The notes: generated by a model from the letters alone, not told the origin. DNA of 64,000 nt from Mobula birostris (GCF_030028105.1 NC_092394.1:16345939-16409938); one strand, 5' to 3'; counted from the first letter of the stretch, positions 40,033 through 53,866 are shown. Numbers and translations are program-made.

Positions 40033-40400
40033 TAGCCGACAGGTCTCAAACCCTCGGTGAGATAGGGAGATACCTATGCCAGCATGTGAAGACAGACTCT
40101 GGTGGATTGAGCAGACGAGACCAATGGAAGGTCCAACGGTCAAGAAGGCGGTCTCTGCAAGTGTCGTGGAACGTGTAGAGCACGACAAGACACAGAAGAC
40201 ATCCTGGTCATCCACTGCACCTAGTCCCATCTCCAGCCATCTCGATTCTGTCTTGCCACTGGATCCAGGTGGGAATTGGGAAGCGAGAGTGAGGCTGACA
40301 CTGCGCAACTCTCCCTCACTTAAATCCAGATCACGCGCTAGTCTCGACACCATCAATGGTGTCGAGGTCTTCATCGACGACGATGATAGACGAACAACAA
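39838..40400 (+). mobile_element. Non-autonomous RTE-like retroposon (5' UTR plus 3' tail, no ORF)
   Basis: Inserted in a CR1 tail. TSD TACTGTA(G) at 39831-39838 and 40404-40411. (CAA)n 3' end. No tRNA A/B boxes seen. Confidence 0.8.
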
Positions 40401-42059
40401 CTATACTGTAGTATTCTGCGTTCAGTACCTGCAGAGGTGAGATAGGCCAACCATCCTGGTTGTTTCCGACTGGGATTGTTTGCTGTTCACAGGCCTGTGG
40501 AGGATTTCTGTTGCAAACAAAGGCAGACCAACAACAAATGCGCAAAAGACAAACTGTGCAAAAAAAAATAATGAGAACGCGAGTTGTTTCCGGTGCAGGT
40601 CAATGGAACCAAGCAGAATAATAGTCTGACATGGACTCGATGGGCTGAAGGCCCTGTTCCTATGACTGACTCTAAAAGAGTTCTTGAAAGTGAGTCTAGT
40701 TCATAGAATCAGTTTGGGATTGTGGCGAGTGAAGTTAAGCACGCCAGTTCGGGAGGTGTTGTCATGATGGCGTTTACGCGCTGGTCCCAGAACAGAAGCT
40801 CTGATGCGTTAACACCAAGGAATTTAAAGCTACTGACCCTCTCCATCTCCGATCCCCCTAATGAGAACTGGCTCACGGGCTCCCAGCCTCTTGCTCAGTT
40901 ACAGCGACGGAGATACAATACAGAAAGAGGCCTTTCGGGCCATCATGTCCTTACTGAACATCAAGCAGCTACTTCAACTAATTAATCCCATTTTTATTCT
41001 CCCCACATGTTCCTCAACTGCCCTCTTATCCGAACACGAGGAGCCATTTTGTGCCACATCACCATGACGAGCCGCACATACTTGGGAAGAAACTGGAAGC
41101 CCATGAAGTCCTGAGGACATGGAAACTCAGATGGAAGTTTATTAAGCCAGGTCTATGACGATGCAAGACAGTGGTTCTACTAGCTACATACGCCACTGTG
41201 CCACTCACAACAAAAGACACTGCCGATCCTTAAACCAAGAAGCCACAGTTGTATAACATTGCTTACAGTACAGCAAGTTTCCGGTTGCCAACAAGCCTCA
41301 AAATTCACTCCATGTGGGAAAAAAAAGGCGGGGTGCTGGAAATTACACCCCTATTCCCACAAAACCCTTGGAACTCAGGTGGTATACAAAATGGTACCTG
41401 TAGCTGTTCCATTCTGTCTGTGCAGCTCTGAAGAGGAGAGGTGCCTGCAATAGTCACACACCCACAGGCAAATATACTTAAGTTCTCCTTAGCCCTCGTT
41501 TCCAACTCCTATTGGGCCTACTGCCATGTTCCTCCCCCAAACAGTGCATGCATGGAGTTAATTGCCTCTGTGAAGATTTATTTTAATCATAAAGAAAATG
41601 CTGGGAATGCAAGTCAAAACTTCTCCTCCTCCTTCCCGCCCCTCAATAAAACTGCTTGGCAACTTCAGAGTTTTAGACATGAAACTAATTTGGAATCACC
41701 AATAGCTTGCCCCAATATGGAAAATGGACCTCCACTGCCCTGTGGCTCAGGAGCAGGGTGACTCAGATAATCCTCCAGACCAGGGATTGACAGGTTGTTC
41801 TTTTCACCATGTTAAGATTCTACCAGTTCCCAGAGGTTCTGCTGGGCATTGTCAAGGTCTGCTTCAACTTGTTATTTCGGGAGGTCAGTGGTAAGGTAGT
41901 TGTGATCACTGACAACAGCAAATTGGACAACATCCTACAATAATTCAGCTCAGGACTGAACCTTCCTAGTCTGGAGCCCAGATACGAACATTTTAAATTT
42001 GGAAATGGGGAAGTAAGAGAGACCTGTGTACTTGGCACACAGGACAGCCAGTTAAACTC

Positions 42060-42552
42060 CAGACACACTGCAGAAGCTGGAAATCCACAGTAACACACAC
42101 AAGATGCTGGAGGAACTCAGCAGATCAGGCAGCACCCGTGGAGAGGAACGAACAGTCAACGTTTCAGGCCAAAACCCTTCATCTGGACTGGAAAGGGAGG
42201 GAGGCAGGAGGCAGATTAAAGTAAGGGGAGGAAGGAGGAGTGCACACTGGCAGGTGACAGGTGAAACAAGGTAAGGGGGAAGGTGAGAGTGGGGGAGAAT
42301 GATGAAATAAGAAGCTGGGAGGTGATTGGTGGAAGAAGCAAAATCCTGAATCCTCCAATTCTTTGCAACACACAAAAAATGTTTGAGGAAATCAGCAGGT
42401 TAGGCAGCATCTACGGAGAGGAATAAACAGTTGACTTTTCAGGCTGAAACTGAAACGTCATCCTGAAGGAACGTTCTCAGCCCGAAATATCAAATATATA
42501 TTCCTCGCCACAGATGCTGCCCCGCCCTTCTCCAGCACTTTGTGAGTGTTGC
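42060..42552. mobile_element. Composite Penelope-derived repeats: two tandem minus copies plus one inverted plus copy
   Basis: Repeated gatgctgcc..cctgctgagttcctccagca module with degenerate hammerhead cores at about 42154, 42430 and 42463. Confidence 0.75.
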
Positions 42553-42779
42553 CCTTTACTTACACACCCAATCTCCCCGTCCCTCAGGGTCAGATGAAGG
42601 ATGTTGTAACAGGATCTGAAACAACTGGAAAAGTCTGCAAAGGAAATTTAACTCAAGAATCAAGTGATGCATTTAGAGAACTTAAACCATGATAGGTCTC
42701 TGGAGAGTTGTCTTTTTCTTTAAAAAAAGAGCCAGAGGATAACAAGTACATAGTTACCCAAAAATTGGGGCTTCACTTT

Positions 42780-43260
42780 ACAAGATGTTGGTGAGACTGC
42801 GTGGAGTTGCAGTGCTGGCCACCATGCCATAGGAAGGATGGGATGAAGCCATCAAGATGGAGAAAAGATAAACAAGGATGTGATAGGAGTGGAGGGCTTG
42901 AGTTACAAGGAGAGAAGAGTGCTTTTCCTGGAGTGAAGGAGACCAAGGTATAACCTTACAGGAGTTTATAAGATCACGAGGGGCATCAATAAGGTGAATA
43001 GTCATGGTCTTTGTCCCAGGTTGGGGAAAGTTTAAAACTACAGGGTGAGTTTAAGAAGGGGGCAAGACTGAAAAAGGACCCAAGTGGCAGGTACTCCCCC
43101 ACACAAAGGGTGGTGTATATATGGAACATGCTGCCAGCCAAAGTGATGGGGGTGGTGGGACAATAACCACATTTAAAAGACATGGATAGGAAAGGTTTAG
43201 GTGCCCATATGGGACTCACTCAGGAAGGCACCCTGGTCAGCGTGGATGAGTTAGGTGAAA
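42780..43260 (+). mobile_element. Degenerate CR1 3' fragment
   Basis: Nucleotide similarity to the 35330-35880 region. Confidence 0.7.
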
Positions 43261-43406
43261 TGGGACCCCCCCCCCCCATTCCCACGCCGTTGATGGGTGG
43301 CTGATGCCAGCGTGTGAACACAATGTAGAATGGTCATTATAATGACAACTATCATGGTCTTAACAGCAAGAGGCACCAGCCCAAGAGGTCTGTTGACCAG
43401 CTGATT

Positions 43407-43476
<70 letters not shown>
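43407..43476. repeat. (AG)n microsatellite
   Basis: About 35 dinucleotide units with one interruption. Confidence 0.98.
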
Positions 43477-43478
<2 letters not shown>

Positions 43479-44249
43479 CTACACGCTGAAAGCCAGTTAA
43501 TCCCTCATTTCCCACTCCAGTGACCAACTGGCTTCCTGTCCCTCTGACTCAGCATCCCACTCCAAACAGACGATGAGAAACAAAGAGGCAAACGTGCTTC
43601 CATTCAAATATGACAACTTGAGCTGACGGAGCTGGATTCCAGCCAGGTTGTGTTCAGGCAAGGCCACTGCCGAACCAGTCTGGTCAGCTCAGATGTTTGT
43701 CAGCTGGCCACGATTTTGGGGAGTTTCACACTCTTACATAATACCTTGTAAACGAAAGCCATCCCATAGCAGTTTACCAAGAGGTATGAATAGATACTTG
43801 GCCCATCCCCGAGAATGATGCAAGATCTATTATTTCAACTTCAATAGAAGATAAGGGAAACTTTAAAAGCACACACCCCTTGGTGGGGGTAGCTGACATC
43901 TACCAAACATCCACCCTCTTAGAGTTTTGTTGTTTTCCCACCCTCCACCCAACTTCCCTTTTAATCCCACTCCCAATCTCCTGGTCCTCTGATCTCTGCA
44001 TTCCTCCATGTCTCACCTTGACCACTTGTGATGGCGATAAGCCCCATCTTTCGGAATTCCCTCCCTAAATCTCCACATCTCCCAAAAAGCCAAGCTCTTC
44101 ATTATTTGAGGCAATATCTCACTCGGCTTGGCAATAAATTCTCGTTGATAACACATCCATGCCTGTGAAGCAACTTACTGCACTTAATAAAACGCAGGCT
44201 GAGGCAAAATATTGATAAAGGAATTAAACAGTAGGCAAGGCGTTGACGG

Positions 44250-47200
44250 TAGAAAGATGATAAACTTTAGCCATGAGAGGGACTGACATTTGGTAGGAAA
44301 CCAATAAGCTCAGAAAGGCTTAGAGCATCACTGTGGGGTCCTTTTTAGACCACACATGAAGGATGCAAAGAGATAGGAGAGTTATACTTATAATCAAGCA
44401 GAGTATCTCAGTTGCATTCAGAGGACATCCTGGAGCATTCATCCAGTAAGGTACTTGGGTAGATCTCAGGAAAAAGAAAGGTGCAGTCATTGTGACAGGG
44501 TTGTGCTGTAGGTCTCCCAATAGAAGTTAACAGGAAAATATGCAGGCAGAGGAACAAATGTGTAGGCAGATTGTGGGAAGATGCAAAAGCAATGGAAAGG
44601 TGTAGAGGATGACTTTAATTCCACCAATATTGACCGAGACTTTTTCCAATACCAAAGACAGAATCTGTTATGTACGTTCAAGTGAGTGTGTGAACAGAAC
44701 CACGGAAGGAGCCAGATTAGACCTTGTATTGGGAAACAAGCCTGGCCAGGTGGTTGAAGTTTCAGTGGAAGAACATTTTGGGAAGTGATCACTACTTTGT
44801 AGTACTCACAGTTAAGACTGGACCTTTGGGCAAAGAGTTAAATAGGGGAAAAGGTAATTAGAACAATTCTAGGCAGGAGTTAGGGAGAATAAAATGGGAT
44901 CAGCTTTTTTTGGGCAAGTCCACATCTAACACATGGAAGTTGTTTAAAGACCATCTCATCAGAATTTAGGAGCAGTCATATTTCTGTGAGGAAAACAGAC
45001 AAGGATGTCAAAGCTCAGGAAACCTGGTTGTTGTAAATTTAGTATAAATGTAAAAAAGCCACATGCAAGGTTTAAAAAGCCACAATTAGCCAGGACTCTT
45101 ATAGAATATAGTACAGTTGACATTGAGGAACATGAACAATTTAATCAGGGAAATTATGAAGGCTTAAAGGAAGTTAACAGGAATCCAGAAGCTTTTTAAT
45201 ACATAATACAAGGGCAGCTAGGGAGAGAGTAGGACCACTCAAAGACAAAGGAGGAGTTTGTGCCTTGAATCAGAGGAAGTCGGTGTGATACTAAACAAGC
45301 AATTGACATTGGTACTCCGCCAGGGAAGAGGGCAATGGCGGGGGGGGGGGGCGCGGAAACAGTGAGATCAGGGTGCGGGAAGCTGATATTCTAAGGAATG
45401 CTGATATCAAGGAGGTGTTGGTATTGGGTCCATTGAGGAACATTAAATGGAAAGGCACCAGGGCCTGAGGGAATCCATCTCGGATTATTGAGGGGGGCAG
45501 GAGGAGATTGCTGGGACTATTACAAAAAAAAACTTATTCTGTTTCGCTAAGGTGAGGTCCCAGAGGGCAGGAAAATAACCAGCATTGTTCCTTTAAGGAA
45601 ATCATAGGCCAGAGAACTTTACAGAGGTAGGGAAATTATTGAAGATCCTCAGGATTGAATTTACGCACATTTGGAAAAGCATGGATTTATTGGGGGGCAA
45701 CAGCATGGCTTTCTACAAAGGAGGCCTGGTCTTCAAAACTTAAAGAGTTTTTTTGGATGAGGTGATGAAGATAACTGATGCAGGAAGGGCAGTTGTCAAC
45801 ATAGATCTTAAAGCATTTGATGAAGTCCCTTACAGTGAGCTGATCCAGTGGATTAAGGTACATGGGATCCACAAAGACTTGGCAGATCGGATTCAAAATG
45901 GACGGCTGTCAGAGAGGGTGGTGTTTCTCAGATTATAGGTCTGTAAGCAGTGAGTTTTCTCAAAGATTAGTGCTGGTACCTCTTGTTTGTGATATAGAGA
46001 CAAATGGGATGAAAATTTGAAAAAATATAGATGGGTCGATTGGTAAGATTATAGAGGATACAAAAATTGGTGGGATTGTAGAGAGGAAGGTTTACAAAGG
46101 ATTCAACAGGATATAGACCATTTGGAAATGAGGGCAGATGGAGTTTAATACGGATAAATTTGAGGTAAAACACAAAAGAGTACAGCCTCCAGCCCACAAA
46201 TGTTGTGCCAAAACACATATCAAGATGTTGCAACGTGGGAGGTCAAATTTAGCAAAAAGCATACAGAAAATGGCAGCACCTAGGAGCTTCCTAGGTGGGA
46301 GAGTCTAGGACACAGAATCCCTTTAAAACAGAGATAATCAGAATCAGGTTTATTATCACCGACATGTGACGTGAAATTTGTTAACTTAGCAGCAGCGGTT
46401 CAATGCAATACATAATCTAGCAAAGAGAAAAATAACATAATAATAAATAAACAAGCAAATCAATTACATATATTGAACAGATTTTTTTAAATGTGCAAAA
46501 ACAGAAATACTGTATATTTAAAAAAGGGAGGTAGTGTCCAAAGCCTCAATGTCCATTCAGGAATCAGATGGCAGAGCTGTTCCTGAATCACTGAGTGTGT
46601 GCCTTCAGGCTTCTGTACCTCCTCCCTGATGGTAACAGTGAGAAAAGGGCATGCCCTGGGTGCTGGAGGTCCTTAGTAATGGATGCTACCTTTCTGAGAT
46701 AAGGAATTTCTTTAGCCAGAGGGTGGTGACTCTGTGGAATTCATTGCCACAAATGGTCATTGAGTATATTTAGACTAGAGATTGATAGGTTCCTGATTTG
46801 TAAGGTGACGAGGAGAAGGCTGGTGAATAGGGTTGAGAGGGAAAATAAATCAGCCAGGATTGAATGACAGAGGAGTCTCACTGCTCTGAATGGTCTAATT
46901 AAGGACCCCAAGGAGCATTGATGTTGACGTCTACAGCTCCCTCAAAGTGGAAACACAGGTAGATGTATATTCTTGCCTTCATTCATTGGGCCACTGAGTA
47001 CAAAAGTCAGGAAGTTATGTTGCAGCTGTATAGAACTTTGGTTTGGCCACATTTAGGGTATTAGGTGCATTTCTGGTCACCATATTATAGGACGGATGTG
47101 AAGACTTTGGAGAAGGTACAAAAGAGGTTTGCCAGAATTTTTTTTCCCGATTAGGAGGTATTAGCAACAAGGAGAGGTTGGGTGGATTTCTCTGCTCTAG

Positions 47201-47540
47201 GGGATGGAGAGGTCCTGACAGAAGAATATAAAATTAAAATGAGCCATAGATAGGGTAGATAAACACCACCTCCCCCCTCCACCAGTTGGAAATGTGAACT
47301 ACTAGAAGGCAGGTCCTTAAAGTGAGAGTACAAAGGTTAAAGGAGACTTACCCATAAGAGGCAAGATTTGAAAATAAATTTAAAATGGTGCCTGGAACTG
47401 GCTGCCAGATGAAGTGATAGAAACATGTGATAGCAATGTTTAAGAGGCATTTAGACAGGCATATGAACGAGGAGGTTATTGAGGGAAATGGACAACATAC
47501 AGGTAAGATGGTGTTAGTTTAAATTGGCATCCTGTCCGCC
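44250..47540 (+). mobile_element. Old, long CR1 ORF2 remnant with nested younger insertions (about 46270-46900)
   Basis: Decayed endonuclease-to-RT sequence (GDFN-like, QHGF-like, DLKAFDEVP motifs) and the CR1 3' region. Confidence 0.8.
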
Positions 47541-48019
47541 AACGAGCCTATGCAAGGCCTCATTCAGTGCCTGACTCAGTAATCTCCAGTCCCCATAAAG
47601 CTCAGTTCACTTCATGTGTTGAAATATTAAAGTGGAGTTTGAACCTTCAAGTTTATGACTCGGGATAGCGTGCTACTAAGTTTCGGCAACACTCAGAAGA
47701 CAAATATACCGCATGCCTAAGCAATTTTTGTAAAAAATAAAACTGATTAGACACCATAAAAAAGCAGGAGTAGAACATTCAACCCTACCTGTCCATTCTG
47801 CTGTTCGATAAGACCACAGCCAATCTTTTCCCTGCACCAACTCCCAAAACATACTCATGTCCGCTTGAATACACAGTGACCAACCCCTTGAAGGCTGGCT
47901 GGATATAGAATTCTACAAAGATTTTTTTTTTTAAAATCAAGAATCAAAGATTGAAAATCAAATAAAAAATCAGAAAATGTTGGAAAAATTCAGGTCAGGG
48001 CTACTTCTCTTTCCACAGA

Positions 48020-48056
48020 TCATAAAACACAAGAGATTCTGCAGATGCTGCAAAGG

Positions 48057-48096
<40 letters not shown>

Positions 48097-48252
48097 GCTG
48101 GAGGAACTCAGCAGGTCAGGCAGCATCCATGGAGCAGAAAAGCAGTTGATGTTTTGGGCCAAGACCTTTATCAGGACTGGGAAGGAAGGGGGCTGATGCT
48201 AGAATTTTCCCCACAGATGCTGACTGACCCAAGCTGTTCCGGCATTTTCTGC
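48020..48252. mobile_element. Penelope-derived repeat (-) with (CA)n at 48059-48094 and an inverted partial copy
   Basis: Same module as 42060; degenerate hammerhead at about 48143-48180. Confidence 0.75.
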
Positions 48253-48907
48253 TGAAGACATTTAGTGGAGATTGTTCCTGCTCCAAGATCACATCTGTGA
48301 CCCACAGATAGAAGCCTACGCAGTTAAACATATTAAGATTCAAAGAATGTATACATTATATACCTTGAAATTTGTCTGCTTATAGGCAGCTACAAAGCAA
48401 GAAACCCAAATAACCCAAATCAGAAAAAAACAAAAATCACTGAAAAGATAAAGGGGGAAAAAAAACACATTGTGCAGACAATCAAAGCAAGTCAACAGCA
48501 TCCCGAACCAGACTGAGTTGCGGATCTACTTCCAGAGCAGTCAGAGTAGGTCCCAATATTATCAATTGTTTCAATAGCAAGGCACTTGTTAACTATTGCA
48601 ATGTCTACAGTCCTCCCCATCAACACTGCACAACCTGGGTGAGAGGTTTTGACAATGATACCATGACAACAGCTCATGAGCAATCGTGCAAGACCACCTC
48701 AATCACCAAACACTACCAACGTTCCTACCTTCCTTATTCTTTGGCCAAAGATTTACTGACAAATAGATGAAATCTGAACTTCAGGACTATTTCAAAAGCA
48801 CACTGACACTTCCCATGCGAGTGCTCCATGACAACAAACAAGCAGGTTAACAAGACTCAGCTCTTCACATTCTGCTTTTAGATGCATCTCAAAGCATTTC
48901 CCTCCAG

Positions 48908-49300
48908 GACCACAACCATACCATGGTTTGGTGGCTTGCACGTCTCAATGACCCAGAGAGCTCAGCTGGCTGGAGTCGGGCCTTATGATTTGGCTCTTGG
49001 GAGGGTCACCCATGCCAAACAGGTCAAAGGGTAGAGGCCAGAGGTCACTAGTCCTTCAGGGTCAGGGGTTCAGCTCAGGGCCTGACATGATGAAGACAGA
49101 CCTGAACACTGGAAATACCAAGACCAAAATTGGTTGCTGGAACGTACTCCCTGAAGAGCAGAGTAAACGTGGGAGACCAAAAGACAACTTGATGGTGTAC
49201 CGTAGACCCTGAACCACACTGGGGGCACAATAGATTGCCAAGGACAGAGAGGACCTTCATTGTTGCCCTGAATGCCAACAGCATAACGGACAGCAAGTCA
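48908..49300 (+). mobile_element. Internally deleted RTE (Expander/Rex3-like) element
   Basis: RTE-type 5' UTR, then APE N-terminal KIGCWNV fused directly to C-terminal KRGRPK, then the 3' tail. Confidence 0.7.
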
Positions 49301-49379
49301 AAACACCTTTAAAAAAAAACAAAAAAACAGCCTTCAAGCAAAAGGATTGGAGTGGGGGGGGGGGGGGGGAGATGAAGGA

Positions 49380-49655
49380 TTTTGATGAAGGGCCTCAGCC
49401 AAAAACATCGATCATTTATTCCTCTCCACAGACGCTGCCTGATCTGCTGAGTTCCAATAAGTGTGTGTGTGTGTGTGTGTGTGTGTGTTCGTTCACAAAC
49501 AATACTGCTCAGCAACCTCAAACACAGTTTAACTCTATTCCTCATCTTTCTTCCTCCATTCCTGCCGAAGGGTCTTGGCCTGAAACATCAACTGTTTACT
49601 CTTTTCCACAGATGCTGCCTGGCCTGCTGAGCTCCCCCAGCATTGTGCGTGCGCT
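49380..49655 (+). mobile_element. Two tandem Penelope-derived short repeats separated by (GT)n
   Basis: Degenerate hammerhead cores at about 49382 and 49562. Confidence 0.7.
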
Positions 49656-50429
49656 GCTTAACAACCTAATCCTCCATCGCATTTCCATTTGTGGGATCTT
49701 TCTGTGCTCCAGCAGGCCACCAAGGATAGCACTCTCAGAATACATTCAATTTTTTGTGGGATGGTGCTAAAACTTTCCATAATTCCTGTGTTGAGCTGAA
49801 ATTAAAACAATCATAGTGCCAGGCTGATTTTTGTTTCTGCATTACAAAAACCCTCAACTTTTCATTGCCCCAATTTAGTTAACCATATAACCATATAACA
49901 ATTACAGCACAGAAACAGGCCAACTCAGCCCTCCTAGTCCAAGATGACTCTTAGTCTCAGCTAGTCCCACCAACCTGCACTCAGCCCATAATCCTCCATT
50001 CCTTTCCTGTCCATATAGCTGTTCAATTTAACTTTAAACGACAACATCAAACCTGCCTCAACCACTTCTGCTGGAAGTTCGGGGGACCATCAAACACAAA
50101 CCTTGCAGGAGAAGGTTAACATTCAGACACAAGGCAGTACTTTCAATCAGGAAACTATGAATCTTCCCACCCTCCATAAATTTCTGCGTGCTTACATTTC
50201 ATTAGCCCAGGTGTGGATCACCATCTGAGTAATAAGTACTGCATCATAACCTTTCAAAAGGAATTTATTGATGGGCTTCCTATCTGAACCAGTTTCCATA
50301 CCAACATTTTGAAGAGTAGGTGGGGTGACAGTTCCAAGGGAATGGTGTTTCAACAGGCAGGGTTGAGGAGGGTGGGGTAGGGCAGGGCATTTCTCAAGAG
50401 AAATATCTTTTGAGAAATATCCTACCTAC

Positions 50430-50890
50430 TACAGGAAAGCTATGAATATGATTGGAAGAGTACAGAGAAAATTTACAAGGACGCTGCTGGGACTCGTGAA
50501 ACTGAGTTATAGCGACTTTAACTAGGTTTTTTATTCCCTGGAGTGCAAGAGATTGAGGGGATAGAGGTGTAGAAAACCATGAGGATTATACAAGCAGGCT
50601 TTTTCCACTGAGGCTGGGTGAGACTAGAATTAGAGGTCAAAAGTTAAGGGATGAAAGATGAAAAATTTATGAGGGACCCAAGGGGGAATTTCCTCACCTA
50701 GAAGGACGAGGGTGTGGAAAAAGCTGCCAGTGGAAGTGGTGAATGTGGGTTTGATTTTAACATGTAACGTACACAGGAGAGGTATAAGGGCTTTGGTCTA
50801 AGTGCGAGTCAATAGGACTTGGCATATTAACAGTTTGGCACAGACTGGATGGGCCAAAGCACCTGTTTCGGCACTGTCGTGCTCCAGACT
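50430..50890 (+). mobile_element. Degenerate CR1 3' fragment
   Basis: Similar to the other CR1 3' ends in the window. Confidence 0.7.
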
Positions 50891-52469
50891 CTTCCTAAGT
50901 GAAGCAATGCCATGCATCCAGTTCGACACGGACTGCAAAATTTAACTGCACGAGATAAATTTGGCAGTGAAAGTAGAGCGGTGTGTTGAAGGAATGTACC
51001 TCCCATACGCATAGCCCTCGCTACTGAGCGATCTGCCAGATCATTACCTCCCCCACCCCTACAATCCTTTCAGTCCCCTAGGAGCAAAGTGCTGGGAGCA
51101 CCTTTAGCAGGGAGGCTGCTCCAGTTCAAGAGGACGCGCTACCACTTGAGAGGGAAATTAGGTACCCCGGCATCCCACAGATACAAAACAGTCCCTGACC
51201 ACACAGCAAAGCAATTTAAAACTTTTCATTAACCATCCCCCTCACACCCCCATGTAACTGGGACCGAGGGGTGGCAGAAGAACTTCCGTCCCTCCTTCAG
51301 TTGCTTATCCAGCCACAAGTCTCCTTGGTGCTCCCGCACTTCCACTAACGAAATATTCCCGGGGGATAACACACACACCAACATCCAGCTGGACACAGCC
51401 AGAGTGTGTGGGATGGACGGTGGGGGGAGGAGGAGGAGAAGATGGGAAGGGAAGGACTTTACCCAAAAAAGGGAAAATAGTTACAATTAAAAATAGACTG
51501 GGCTCCCACCCAGCACCCTGCAGGGTAGCCAGCAGTATCCAAGTGATACCCAACACTGGGATCACGAGGAATATCATCAGGTCGGGACTGTCCGTCATTG
51601 ACAGCAAACGCCAAATGAATTCACCCCGGCCGGAACACTCAAGTCACTGCTAACTCTGCCCTCGGTGGCTGGGCCAGGATGGCTCCCCATGGCAACCGGC
51701 GCCCTGTCCCTAGTCACAGCCAACCGCAGAACCCAAGTGAGAGGCAGTTTAGAGTTCAGGTCACCGCCCCAGCACATCACTCTGCTTGCTAGAGAGCCAG
51801 TTAGACAGGTGGAAGACCTTTGGCTCTGCACTGGCCTGGGAGACCACCCCATACTGCTCACCCACTCCGACACTTAGGCTTTCAGAGCTTCTCACACCGT
51901 TTCTTTTCAGCCAAAGTGGAGGCAACAGCCATGTTCGAGCACAGTAAGTCTCCATAAAGAAAAACGCTTATATATGTTAACTTTTTGGAGACTGGTGACC
52001 AAACCAGCATCCTGGGATCTGACACACGCAGGTTGGAATGTGCACGTTTGTGCCTCAGCGGGCCTGGTTCATCATTCTCAAACTTTTCAAGTTGCCCAGC
52101 CTTGACCGTGGCTCACGTGTTCTCAGTAACAACACTTAATCCTACTGCCCTGTTTTCGCTCTTGGCCCGGGCATTCGCAGCACCAAGCGTTCATTAACAC
52201 CCTCAACCTGCGGCCACAGGAGAGCTCAGCATCTGCAGCAGAGTCAAACGCACAACCCTGTGGTTTAAAACAGACCATGTGACCCACGGGCACCCAGGAA
52301 TCTCACACGCAAGAGTCCAGACCCGCAATCCTGACACGACCAGTGCTTTCACAAATGCTAGAGGAACTCAGCATCTGTAGGGGAATAAACAGTCATTTCA
52401 GACAGAGACCCCTGATGCTGCCTGACCCGCCGAGTTTCTCCAGCATTTTGTAGGTTAGCGATTTTCTAA

Positions 52470-53297
52470 AGGGACTTGGGAGTCCTTGTGCAGGATTCCC
52501 TGAAGGTCAATTTGCAGGTCAGGTCTGTGGCGAAGGTGGCAAATGCAATGCTAGCCTTCAATTCAAAAGGACTAGAATATAAAAGCAAGGATGTAATGTT
52601 GAGACTTTATAAAGCACTGGTGAGGCCTCACTTGGAGTACTGTGAGCAGTTTTGGGTTCCTCATCTTAGAAAGGATGTGCTGAAACTGGAGAGGGTTCAA
52701 AGGAGATTCACAAAAATTATTCCAGGATTGAACGGTTTGTCATATGAAGAGCATTTATAGTTTGCATTTGTTGTTTGATTGTTTGTGGTTTTTATATTGC
52801 TATATTTATGCTCTATTCTTCGTTGGTGCAGCTGCAACGAAACCCAATTTCCCTCGGGATTAATAAAGTATATCTATCTATCTATCTGATGGCTCTGGAC
52901 CTGTATTCACTAGAATTCAGAAGAATGAGGGGTGACCTCGGAAACCTATCAAATGGTGAAAGGCCTTGATAGAGTGAATGTGGTGAGGATGTTTCCTATG
53001 GTGGGAGAGTCTAAGATCAAAGGACACAGCCTCAGAGTAGAGGGGTGTCCTTTTAGAATGGAGATGAGAAGGAATTTCTTTTACCAGAGAGAGATGAATC
53101 TGTGGAATTCTTTGCCACAGGCAGCTGTGAGACCAAGTCTTTGTGTATATTTAAGGCAGAGGTTGACAGATTCTTGATTGGTCAGAGCATGAAGGATATG
53201 TGGAGAAGGCAGGAAACTGGGTCTGAGAGGGAAAATGGATCAGCCATGATGATGGGCCAAATGGCCTAATTCTGCTCCTGTATCTTATGGTCTTATT
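52470..53297 (+). mobile_element. CR1 3' fragment interrupted by a ~130-bp LINE tail (52759-52887)
   Basis: LYKALVRPHLEYC.QFW.PHLRKDV..LERVQRRFT peptide; the insert ends in (TATC)n. Confidence 0.85.
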
Positions 53298-53866
53298 TCT
53301 GGCATAGCAGAATCTCTTGTGTTTAGATTAGCAGCACTTTACCCACCAGCAGACTGTACTCATTTTATGACACAAATACAGCAGGTGCTGGAAATTCAGA
53401 GTAACACACACAAGATTCGGCACAAGGGTAGGATAACAATTAGCGCAGCACAATTACAACTTGGGGCATTCCGGAGCTGTTCTGCAAGGAATCTCTGTAT
53501 TGTCTTTCCTGTGGAATGTGTGGGATTTCCCCCCAGGTTCTCCAGTCCAGTCCCACAGTCCAAAGACACAGCAAGTAGGTTAACTGATCTTTGTAAATCG
53601 TCCCGCGATTACGTTATGGTTAACCGGATTCGTCAGGGTGGCGTGCATCGAAGGGTAGAAGGGTCTATGCCACACTGAATCACCAAGGTAAATAAAAATA
53701 AAACTTTTTTTTAATGCTGGGAGGGACTCAGTAAGATAGGCAGCATACATGGAAAGAAACAAACAGCTGATGTTTCGGCGGAGACTCTTCATCAGGTCTG
53801 GAATGAACAGGGGAAGAAGCCAGATTCAGAAGCTGGGGCGGTCGGGGGTGGGGGGGGGGGTGGAAT

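Noticed and set aside
39990-40037. Twister-like string CAAGCCCG.TAAA....GAGGG
   Set aside because: It lacks the upstream UAA cleavage loop and the UCCC pseudoknot partner; the HDV-like fold explains these bases better.
39937-40545. 202-aa minus-strand ORF
   Set aside because: It is antisense to the RTE-like element, starts at a non-ATG codon and has no recognisable domain.
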